In this document: in pieces, positions 54,083-64,000 of the stretch
How the letters are laid out: each line of letters starts with the position of its first letter
Numbering within the stretch: the stretch's first letter is position 1
Made by a program: the position numbers and the translations under genes
Assembly: GCA_001643675.2 (NCBI GenBank)
Contig: LSRY02000061.1
Coordinates: 186,001 to 250,000 of the forward strand
Length of the DNA stretch: 64,000 nt
Source: Monocercomonoides exilis PA203
Lineage: Eukaryota; Protista; Preaxostyla
Reading direction: 5' to 3'
The notes under the pieces: model-generated
Seen by the model: the letters and a program-made list of their open reading frames with translations, nothing else
What the model was told of the DNA's origin: nothing
Databases searched by the model: none

Positions 54083-56089
54083 ATGCCATTTTATTATACA
54101 ATTTTATTTATTACTTCATGTATTTATTCAACAAAAATTAACTTTGGTTCATTAAAAGGAAAGAGCAATAATTCAAGCATTCTTATTGCCAACAGTTCGG
54201 TAGAGTTTTTGAACGTATTTTTATCTTCAATCGATAATTCGGCTAATTTTATTACAACACATGATTCATCATTAATGCTTAATTCTTCAAGAATTTGCAA
54301 TTCTTTTCACGAACAAGGGATTATTGCAACCGAATCTTCAAATATTATTCTTTGCAATATAACTATTAAGGATTATATACAACCTGCAACATTTCCATGC
54401 ACTATTAATAGTTTTAAAAGAGATTCAGATGTAGTTGTGATGTCTTCCTCATTTTCGAACAAATATTGCTCCCGCAGGAAGCAACTTACATATTCTGGAT
54501 TATATAAGCAAATACTTTTTAGTGACTGCTATTTTGCTAACGTGAGTTCGGAAACAGATTTTGACCAAGATCCTTCTTTTTCTCAAAGCACAATTATTCA
54601 ATCATCATGTTTCAACTCATGCGATTATGTGCTATATAATTCACTGTTCCCAGCAATTGATTTATCCGATTCTTTAAATGTATTTAATTCCACATTTGGA
54701 AACATAAAATCTCATAGAATCTTACAGGAATACATTCACAAAAAATCGGCACAACCAATTATTCCCCATCAATTCATCTCATCAAAATTGTTTAAGTTTG
54801 AGGACACTACTTTCCATGACTGCTGCGCATCAGGTCATGGAATGGACGGATGCGGAGGAGCTTTATTTTTTCGCCCGAGTGTTAAAGTGGATGAGAACGG
54901 TTCAAAAGATGAATCAACTTACACCACCATTATTGTTTCCTGTTTATTCAATCGCTGTGCAGCAACAGATTGTGGAGGAGCTATATACATTGCGGATGGG
55001 CCCAGCACAACAATTAATCTCACCACATTTCATTCATGTCACACTAAGACGCTTGCTGGAAACGGAGGAGCGTGCCAGCTTGCAGGTATCTCTCGGTCAT
55101 TCACAATGGATTTCTCAACAATCATTCACTGCACTGCAGCAGGCAGTGGAGGAGCTGTGCATGTAGATGAAGGAGGTTTTGCAGGGAAGTGCATCCTGAA
55201 AAAAAATGTGTTTTCTTATTGCTTTTCGGAGAAGGAAAAAGGCGGTGCATTGAGCGTCCTATTTCCTTCAGATGAAGTTTATTTGTCAGAGCTTTTCTTT
55301 GCATTTTGTTCTGCTCCAACAGGCGGAGGGGGTGGGCTGTATTTGCTTTTAAGTGAGCAGTTTTCGGAAAATGAAGCTTCATTGTCTTTCTTTGATCATA
55401 CGGACAATGCCAACGTGGTTGGGTTATCTCCTTCAAACAGACAAAATCCATTGATATCATCGTGCTTGTTTTCGAGTTGTGAAGGAGGGAGTAAAGGTCA
55501 TGATGCAAATATCTGGAAATGGAACTCTCACGAATCCAATAAAAGAGGAAATCCAAATGCGTTCAGCAACTTATTTTATCAATGCAAATCCAACATTAAG
55601 AAAGGAAGAGTTTATCTTTCGTCGGAAAATAAAATGCTTGATGAATTAATTGAATTGGAAGAGATGAAAGTTGTTGAACCAACGCGCCCAACGTATAACG
55701 AAAGTCACACGATAACAACAACGGAAGAGCTGCTGAAAGACAGGAAAACTATGATAATAGTGATAAGCGTTCTTGGAAGCGTTATGGGCATTGCGCTTGT
55801 GGCTGTAGCGATAACACTTATCATATTGCTAGTTAAAAGTTCGCGAAGCAATTCGAAGAACGCAATAAAGTATCTTCCTCTTTTCGATGATAATACCACA
55901 GAGGAATTACCATCAGTTATTGATTTGTCTTCTAACAAAGAAAGTCAAGAAGAAGAAGAAGATTTTGAAGAAGATTTAGGAGTAGATGAAACTGAAGAGG
56001 AAAAACAAAGGAGAAAGGAACGAGGTCCACTTTTCCCAATTCAAGAAGTTGAAGAAAATAACGAATTGATAGAAAATTCAATAAGTTGA
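54083..56089 (+). CDS. Single-pass Pmp-like beta-helix surface protein; short kinase-less relative of the two giant receptors
   Basis: Likely ATG at 54083 (MPFYYTILFITSCIYS). Repeats of FxxC...GGA(L/I/C/V). TM MIIVISVLGSVMGIALVAVAITLIILLV. Short acidic tail with a YLPL motif. Confidence 0.82.
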   Translation: MPFYYTILFITSCIYSTKINFGSLKGKSNNSSILIANSSVEFLNVFLSSIDNSANFITTHDSSLMLNSSRICNSFHEQGIIATESSNIILCNITIKDYIQPATFPCTINSFKRDSDVVVMSSSFSNKYCSRRKQLTYSGLYKQILFSDCYFANVSSETDFDQDPSFSQSTIIQSSCFNSCDYVLYNSLFPAIDLSDSLNVFNSTFGNIKSHRILQEYIHKKSAQPIIPHQFISSKLFKFEDTTFHDCCASGHGMDGCGGALFFRPSVKVDENGSKDESTYTTIIVSCLFNRCAATDCGGAIYIADGPSTTINLTTFHSCHTKTLAGNGGACQLAGISRSFTMDFSTIIHCTAAGSGGAVHVDEGGFAGKCILKKNVFSYCFSEKEKGGALSVLFPSDEVYLSELFFAFCSAPTGGGGGLYLLLSEQFSENEASLSFFDHTDNANVVGLSPSNRQNPLISSCLFSSCEGGSKGHDANIWKWNSHESNKRGNPNAFSNLFYQCKSNIKKGRVYLSSENKMLDELIELEEMKVVEPTRPTYNESHTITTTEELLKDRKTMIIVISVLGSVMGIALVAVAITLIILLVKSSRSNSKNAIKYLPLFDDNTTEELPSVIDLSSNKESQEEEEDFEEDLGVDETEEEKQRRKERGPLFPIQEVEENNELIENSIS

Positions 56090-56223
56090 GGATTTTTGAA
56101 GTTTAAATTATAAAGCTCTTTTTCATTATTACTTCATTCATATTTTTTCCGCTTATTTTTAAATTATATTCGAAAGATTTTCTAAAACAATTTTTTTAAA
56201 GATCGTTCCCACTTTAAAAAATA

Positions 56224-57257
56224 ATGCTTATTGTTTATCCTTATACAGCAACAATACATATTCCTCCAAGTAAATTGAATGATAATAGAACAGTTTCTAT
56301 AGCTACTTCAATAATTGATACTTATACGAACATGGTTATGACGTGCTTAATTATTTTGCTGTTTTAGAATATTTTTTCATTCTCTTTTCATATAGCTTAT
56401 CCCAAATGTTGGTCTAGCAATAACTTTATTTGACATTCAAAGTTATGGAGAATTGAAAATACATCCTGGAGATGCAGATGCATATTGTGTTGCAAAATTT
56501 CGTCTAATTGTTTTTCGGCCATTTCCAAATGAAATATTGGTTGGGACCGTATTAGGCTGTCATGAAGAAATTGGAGTTCAACGTATGCCTTCATTTTTTA
56601 ATTAGAAAAAATATAATAAAAGAATATACCTCCTTAAAGTTTCAATGAAATTTTTCAAACACATTCTCATTCCAACTCTTTTTTTGCCTAATGGAGCAGA
56701 ATTGTTTGAATTTTTATTTTTCTTTTATATTAACCAACTTTTATTAAGTGATCCAATGTTGAAAGCATGGACTTGGCGAGATCCCGAGCGAAGAGAGCCT
56801 GTGACACTCTTACCTCAAACAATAATCAGATTTAAGGTGACATCTACATCTTTCTATTCTTTAAACAAACCACCAGTTAAAGAAGGCGAAGAAGCATCGC
56901 AAACCACTGGCTCTTCAACTGATTCACCAGAGAACCAATTAGACCAAAAGAATGATCCAGATCTTCTCCATTTTAATAAAAGAGTAACAGATGGTGATTT
57001 TCCTATGATCGTGCGAGTATGTTTTATTTTTAAAAAAATGCATAGCTAAGGGTATACTTCAATTTTATGTTAATGCGACCTTTTCACATTTTTCAGGGAA
57101 CCCTTCTCGGAGATGGCTTGGGTCTGGCAACAACTGATGTTTGCAAAATTTCATTTTTTATAATAGATACTTATACTCATTTATTTATTCTAAAAAATAA
57201 TTATTTAAACAATTTTTTTACAATTAGGGACGCCCTCTTTACGAGGACATATCTTAA
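56224..57257 (+). CDS. POLR3H: DNA-directed RNA polymerase III subunit RPC8/RPC25 (POLR3H), about 6 exons
   Basis: Spliced translation MLIVYPYTATIHIPPSKL..|LIPNVGLAITLFDI..IHPGDADAYCVAKFRLIVFRPFPNEILVGTV..GVQ|LSMKFFKHILIP..EF|DPMLKAWTW..IIRFKV..|GTLLGDGLGL matches the RPC25 pattern (NVGL, PGDG, FRPF..EIL.G, FF..I.IP, W.W, GLG). Introns include 56583..56639 and 56704..56748. The last exon and stop at 57257 are less certain. Confidence 0.9.
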
Positions 57258-57378
57258 ATTAATTGTCGAAATATTAAATTATTTGTCAATCATGTTCTTT
57301 TTTGTTGTATTTATGTTTTATTTTTTAATGGAAAAACAAAAATAAAAAAATTTGTAATGGTAGATTATTTTTATTTTA

Positions 57379-60300
57379 ATGAATTCTTCAAAATACATCT
57401 CAAAACACAGATTTCGAAGAAGTAGATCACGTAGTAGGAGTAGAAGCTACAGTCCAGAATGGGGAGAAGCATCAAATGATCATTATTACGAGCAGAATTA
57501 TTCAAAAGTTAATAATTATAATGTTGACTTTACTGCGGACTCTTGGGGAGAGGAAGCACAGCAACAAGAAAAGACTTCTACATGGGGAGATGTTGATGTT
57601 TTTTCTGATAAATCTTGGAAAATCAGAAAAGAATACGAAATTAAAAGAAATAAAAGAGAAATCGAAGAAAAAAATAAAGAATTACAAAGAAAAATGCAAA
57701 AAGAACGAGATAAATTGAAATACCTTAATTCTTTTGAGATAAGGAAAGTAGAAATTCCTTCTGAAAAAGTTGATAAACAAAAACCAAGGAGAATTGAAGA
57801 TAGTCGAAATCATTTTTTCAAAGAAGCTTCAAGGACACAAGATTCTACAACCGATCGAATATCAGTTCCTCTTTCCAAATCTGCTAAAACGAAAAACCTT
57901 CCAGTTAAGCTTTTCCCAACCAACACATTACAAAATATTTCTCAATTTCAATCATTTTCAGATCAAACAAAAATCACAAAGAAAAAAAATACTCAGTTGA
58001 ATTTAAGGTATAATTTTAATCAACAAACTAGTTCTTTTGTATTACCATCAGACATTATAAGAGCATTACATTTTAACAATGATCGATGGAGATCTTCTGT
58101 CATTAATGAATCTCGTGGTGGAATGGAGCGACATTCTTTCCTTGGTGCAGTTCCTCAGCTTCTTTCCAGCATTCCGCATAGTTCTCCTCCAAAAATTTCA
58201 AAAGAGCTTTTCGAAAAGTTTACAGTTAAAACATTGGAATACCCACCATCTTCAGAATTTTCAGCAAGGCCAGTTCTTTGCCAGTACAACCGAAATCCGT
58301 TCTGCGAAGTGCCCGAAGACGTTCTGCATCTGCTCCCACCAGCAGCTCAAGGCACACGCAAAATGTGCCGTATTGTTGTGCGAGACGACGAGTGTCGTTC
58401 TTTCAGTCTTTTGGGAGAAACACTGCTTGGCGAATACACAGACATGGAGGATTTGGAAGCGTTTGCAGAGGAAGGCGTTGTGATTGAGATAGAAGTGATG
58501 GATGTGCCTTCGGAAGAGATTGACAAAGCCAAACGATGGCTCAAAGAGAAAGAACGAAGAGATAGTAAAAAGGCGGCTGAATACATAAACAGAACAACAA
58601 ATGGAAAGCTGAAATTCAGTTATTTTGGAGATAATTCAGAAGACAACACAATTAACATGGAAAAAGAGGACGAAGAAGAGAAAGAAGAAGGAGAATTAAC
58701 AAGTTCATTTGAAGATGCTAATGTTAAAAATTCCGAAACATCTTCTTCAGACATGCCATCAGTTCAAGATGCTCCTACTTTTCCACTGATGCAGGACTCA
58801 CACAAAGATGAGCAAGATGCAAATCACATGCATTCAGAGGTAGAAGAAGCAGATGCCTGGTCAGACTCATACAACACAGAAGATTCTGAATTGAATACGC
58901 AGTTACAATCCGTGTTTTTGAAGCCAACGATGCCCAGTTTGGATTCTCCGAGGAAAGACTCTCATCTTTTAATTCATCCACCTACTCGGATGGAAATTGA
59001 AAGCAATCAAATGACAAATTCATTTGGCGGTATCACATCAAATATAGGACCATTGTCAACGGAAAGGACATTTAATCCATCTTTCACTGATAGTTATCAA
59101 CCCAAACAGAACAACAGCATCAATCAACCGCAACGCGATTCATCAGAAGCGCCTTCATTTCTTGCATTGCCAAGCTCAACAGATAACCTTGGAACAGAAA
59201 CATGTCAACGGCATTCTGAACATCACATTCCTTATGTGAAATTCACAACACAATCTGTTCCACTTTATCAGCAGATGCATTCGTCATTTGACAGACGAAG
59301 CACAGGTATTTCTCATCATCTTCAGGACTCATACGAACAATTCGATCAAAGAAACACAAACTCCACACAACAACAATTGAACTCGGCATCAACGTCTGCA
59401 ACGAATGATTCCTTATTCACAAACTCACATTCGTTGTTGACATCAACATCATCGCCATCTGATTTTACTGGAATATCAAACAACTCGAAAAAGGATGCAT
59501 TTTCTACTAAGCCTTTTGCTAGTTTTTCATCTTCATTTTCAAATGAGATTTATCAGCCTCCTCAAATTCAAGAAGGAAGCACAGCAGATTGCAAGTATTG
59601 CAAAAGGAAGGTCTTTGTCAATCAACTTGCCTCACACGAAAACGGGTGTAGAAATAAAATGCTTTATCAAAATGAATTGGGAACTTCCGTTCAGCCATCG
59701 CAAAGTCATCGAGAAGATTCTTTGGAAAATGAAGAACGAACGATTTTCTCTGCTTCTTCAAAGCAACCGCTTTTTGATTCAGACCAGCTTCTTACAGAAA
59801 CTCTTTCAACACATCCCTTTGCCAACATCATGGATGATTCTCATACACAAACGGACATTCAAACTCCTTCAACTTTGCATTCAACAAATCAAAGCAGTCA
59901 AATACTCAAATTCTCACAAAATGATATTTATAAGGATTCTATCTCAATTCCTCCATTTTTCATTGAGACTGTAAAATCAAACGCCGAACAACATAAGTCA
60001 ATTCCTGCACACTTTACTCCACATTCTCATCTCTTACAAGTTTCCACGCTTCATCCATCCATCACGCACGTGTTCGCAATGCCTCATCCGATGCCGCGTG
60101 AGATTTCAGCCGATACAGTTGAAATGGAGAAAGAGATCCTCGACAAGTGGAGCAAAACTATTCTGTTGGCCACGTTTGGAACAGATCTTGTTCTTCGAAC
60201 TTGCGTTCTATCGCCAGATGATTGGGAGTCTCCTGACAAAACAAACAGTGATACAGAATTTTCCTCTGCTTTGCGCTCATCCTCAGATGAAGCGGATGCT

Positions 60301-61863
60301 TTCTTTGTGCCTCAACACATTCCGGTTGTACCTAAGGAAATAGCAGCATCTTTTTCGTTCATTCCAGAAAGCTCAGTCTTTAAGAATAATTCCGAAGGAT
60401 ATGATACACCAGAAAATATGTTCGGGTCTTTGTATTCCATATCAAAATTGTCTGCTCACAAACAAGAACAGACAATCGCATCGTATTTCGATCTTTGTAC
60501 ATCAGTAGTTTGCTCATTTTTAATTCTTTTTTTCTGTAATTTGATATATGCTTTATTCATATTGCTAACCATCCTTTAAAATTCTCTCTTTTTTAAAATA
60601 TACTCATTCTCTTGAACTACTTACTAATATTTAACATAATTTCATTCATTTCCCTCCAAAAGAACAACGATGCCATTGTTGGATGTTGCTTTGGGCGAAT
60701 ATTCTTCTATGCAACAAAGCTCCGAAAGGTATTTGTTGACCCTAATTTCAGCGACGCGCATTGCATTTTTCCGCATTTTGAGCCGAATATTATTCCGTTC
60801 ATTCAACAGCACACACAACGATTACTAATTTCACGCTGTTTTCGTATTGATGTTGTTGTAAGGAAGAATGATACGCTTTCAATAAAGAAGAGAAAACACA
60901 ATGCATCAGACGATCCTATATACAAAGCAGCAACATTCGGAACTAAATCAAATACAAATGAAAAAGCTCAAAGTTATTCAGAAGAGGTTCAATTTGATCC
61001 AACAATTGCACGTCCATCTTTCCAGTCAAATGAGTTTGAATGTTCTGAAGGATTCTTTGTTCCAAAGGAGAATAATTTACCATCTCCTTCTTCTTCAGAA
61101 TCAAATATTCAATTGTATTATCCTCAAACTACATTAATACCATGCAAAGAAGGAAAATTAATGTTTATAAACACAAATGACGGAGATATTTTTGTGATTG
61201 CCATCGACCAAAAATGGACAATTAAATGCAAACTCCATCCATCTTTACTAAACATGTGCATGCGAACTGTCGTGAACGGAGAAAAGAACTTGTTTATTTG
61301 TTACAATTTGCATGAAATATGTATGCCTAAATTCTTTTTTCTTTCTTTTTTTAATAATTAATTAATTTATTTATTTATTAATTTTGTTGTTGTGAATATT
61401 GGCCAATTATCTTGACGGAATAATTTCTATTTCTTGCATATATTAATATTTATGATCATCTACTATTCGCAATTGTATTTTAGTCTTTTATTCGCTTGTA
61501 GTTGAACCGTCTTTTAAAATTGACCTGCTTGGAAGTCTAAATACAGAAAGTTTATCGCTTCACGTTTCTTCAGCTTCTTCTTCGATTTTATCTTCACATT
61601 CTAATTTGAACATAACGTTCTCATGCCTTAGCTTTAATGGTGAATTTCTGTTTGTTTCATTATCGAATAATTTGATTGCTATTATCGATAGTAAAACAAT
61701 GCAACTAAAGAAAACATTGAATTTCGAAGAATTTGTGGTGGGAGAGCATTCGGAAAATCATTTAAATTCTTATTCGATAACTTCAATGTCACCACATCCG
61801 TTCATACCAAATTCATTGTTTATTGGGACGCGATTTGGATTGCTTACGCAGATGAGTTTTTGA
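57379..61863 (+). CDS. Hypothetical multi-exon protein: N-terminal RS tract, C2HC-type zinc finger, possible WD40-like C-terminus
   Basis: Collinear ORFs 57379..60579, 60612..61361 and 61606..61863 are separated by T-rich intron-like segments. Motifs: RRSRSRSRSRSYSP; CKYCKRKVFVNQLASHENGC; SITSMSPHPFIPNSLFIGTRFG and LSFNGEFLFVSLSNNLIAIID resemble WD40 blades. Confidence 0.65.
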
Positions 61864-62398
61864 ATTTTGGATTATTATCAAATTTTTATTTTCATTGTAT
61901 AAAACAGAAATATTACAAAAAATAACTAATTGTGATTCATTATTTTTCGATTTTTTGAACAATCTTATGTAAGTAAAAAGCAAATTTTATTCTCGTTTCC
62001 TGAAGAAAAACAAAACAAACAAAAGCTAAAAAAACACTTCAACTTTGCTTTCAAAAGAATACGGAACCAACTCTTCTAATTGAGTTGTTCAAAATTAAAC
62101 AGAGGAAAACATAACATCAAACTCTAATAACACAATTCATATTCAAAAGATTCAACAAATTCAGAAAAGAAAACTGAACAACAATTAATAAATAGCAAAA
62201 TAAAGAATATATAATGAAACATTCACAATCATTTGACATTATAATTTTATAAATAGCTCCATCAAAACATAAAGAATTTTTAGATAAATAAAACAAAACA
62301 AAGCAACAATAATAATTAAAATAAAAAGGATTACAAACAACAAGTTACAGATTCAAACTCGTAATAAAACAATATTTAAACATAATCGAACTCTGTAA

Positions 62399-64000
62399 TT
62401 ACAGAATAATCACTATCACACTGATATTGTCCATCGACTCCAATGCATCGGCACACGACTTCAATCTGACTGCTCCCAGTTCTGCAAGCATCCCTTTCTC
62501 AATTGCACCGCATCTGCACCCAACCTTCCCATGACTTTCAGCAGTTCCAAAGTCCACTTGGTTGATTCCGTCAAACAAACCATCTTTGGCCTCATTGGAA
62601 GAGCTGTCCATGTCCATCTTCTCTTCATCAGGATCCCATACAGGAGATGTGCTCCTTCGTCTGACGTGCACCACACTCGAAGAAGGACTAATCCGCAGTG
62701 CATCCACAGCATCGTCGAAAACAGGGTCATTAAATACATCGTGGTTCCCTCCTTCCATCCAGGGACACACCATTTCTGCCACAAGCTGATTTGACACCAC
62801 ATCAAACACTCCGTCACATCCAATAACGATTGCAACATCTTCGCGCCACCAAGGCTGATCAAACTCATCGTCGTCCTCATCTTCGCTATCCTGTGCTGAA
62901 CAGTAGCGTTTCGCTCTGTCTATTCCATCATTTGCATTTGTCTTTGTTTCCATTCCTTTCAGTTTTCTTTTGTTTGATTTGCTAAGTGTGGGGCACATTG
63001 TTACAGGTGAATGTTCATAACCATGTGTGACAGATGGAGTAAATCTGTCTGTTGGAAAATACTCGTCAAACGAAACTGGCTGGCAGAAAGCAGGGCGGCG
63101 AGGAGGAGGATCATGAAGAAGCGATGGATGAGGTGCAAGTGGAAGCAAGAACTTGTCCAGAACTAGTCTCAACTTTGAATCAAGAATGAATAAAGTCGAT
63201 GGATTGACATCAGGCGGAGGATAGAGGCGTGTCAGATATGAAGCAGATGAACAGGAAGAGGAATCAGAAGAAGAAGATGACGAGGAATATCCATCATCTG
63301 ATGAAGAATACGAGCCATCTGATTTCTTTCCTTTTGATTTGTCTTTTCTGTGTCTGTGTTCTTTCTTTCTTTTTGCATTACGATTCTTTTTCACTTGATT
63401 CAATTGCCTTCTTTGTGAATGTCTGACCATCCAACCATTCCAACTGTCGTTTTCTTCGTGCTCTTCGTGCTTCTCCACAGCATTTGCTATTCTAATCGCA
63501 TCTTTCTCATTGCATCCAACATGAATCCCATTCCACCGCCTCAGATTCATCGTGTGCACATCTGGCTCTGATGAAACAGCAGGCACAGAATCCAAATCGC
63601 CGACAGAACGACCCACGGCAAGCATATTCTTCACTCGGCGCTCTCCACTCACATATCCATTCACAGACTTGACATAGTTTGCTTCTCTGCGTACAGTCGG
63701 CTTGTGGTCAATGGTCAGCGCTTTCCCACAGACAAACATTCCCAGAGGAAGAGAACTGGATGAGGATGAAGTGGAAGGGAGGACAGGAACTGAGTTGGCC
63801 AAGCTGGAAAATGAAGATGTGATGTGCTTTGCTTTGCTTGATGATGAAAGTAAAGAGGAGGAAGAGTTGAAGCCAGCTTTGTCCAAAGGCAGTGAAGAGA
63901 AATACATATTCATATATTTCCTGTTCTCTGAATCCTTCGTGTCTGTTGATGACAGCAGCAATGGCGCAGGAGGCGGAGGAGTGAACCAATGGGGTGGGCG
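62399..64000 (-). CDS. PP2C/PPM-family protein phosphatase, C-terminal part (5' end beyond the window)
   Basis: LTIDHKP, RVKNMLAVGRSVGD, VSSEPDV, IVIGCDGVFDVVSNQ and SMDNISVIVI are PP2C signature motifs. The frame stays open to nt 64000. Confidence 0.92.
   Translation of the reverse strand, partial: RPPHWFTPPPPAPLLLSSTDTKDSENRKYMNMYFSSLPLDKAGFNSSSSLLSSSSKAKHITSSFSSLANSVPVLPSTSSSSSSLPLGMFVCGKALTIDHKPTVRREANYVKSVNGYVSGERRVKNMLAVGRSVGDLDSVPAVSSEPDVHTMNLRRWNGIHVGCNEKDAIRIANAVEKHEEHEENDSWNGWMVRHSQRRQLNQVKKNRNAKRKKEHRHRKDKSKGKKSDGSYSSSDDGYSSSSSSSDSSSCSSASYLTRLYPPPDVNPSTLFILDSKLRLVLDKFLLPLAPHPSLLHDPPPRRPAFCQPVSFDEYFPTDRFTPSVTHGYEHSPVTMCPTLSKSNKRKLKGMETKTNANDGIDRAKRYCSAQDSEDEDDDEFDQPWWREDVAIVIGCDGVFDVVSNQLVAEMVCPWMEGGNHDVFNDPVFDDAVDALRISPSSSVVHVRRRSTSPVWDPDEEKMDMDSSSNEAKDGLFDGINQVDFGTAESHGKVGCRCGAIEKGMLAELGAVRLKSCADALESMDNISVIVIIL

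Overview
This is eukaryotic genomic DNA, not prokaryotic. It has short T-rich GT-AG introns, very AT-rich intergenic DNA, huge poly-Ser/acidic tracts and the standard genetic code. The gene style suggests a metamonad protist, probably an oxymonad such as Monocercomonoides (inference only). Left to right: the 3' part of a CAMKK-like kinase with a ~2500-aa low-complexity tail; a head-to-head pair of giant single-pass receptor-like proteins (signal peptide, Pmp-like GG[AG][ILV] beta-helix ectodomain built from 8 vs 4 tandem ~310-410-aa modules, TM helix, C-lobe-only pseudokinase), the second split by a 1-nt frameshift; a decayed Merlin/IS1595(ISXO2)-type DNA transposon with 104-bp terminal inverted repeats; a DENN-domain protein; a multi-exon hypothetical gene; coatomer beta' (SEC27/COPB2); an intronless secreted Asp-box propeller protein; a third, short kinase-less member of the beta-helix receptor family; RNA polymerase III subunit RPC8 (largely missed by the ORF track); an RS/zinc-finger hypothetical gene; and the 3' part of a PP2C phosphatase. 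The best candidate system is the modular 0/4/8-repeat adhesin-pseudokinase receptor family, whose length appears to change by recombination between modules. I recognised no rRNA, tRNA or CRISPR array.
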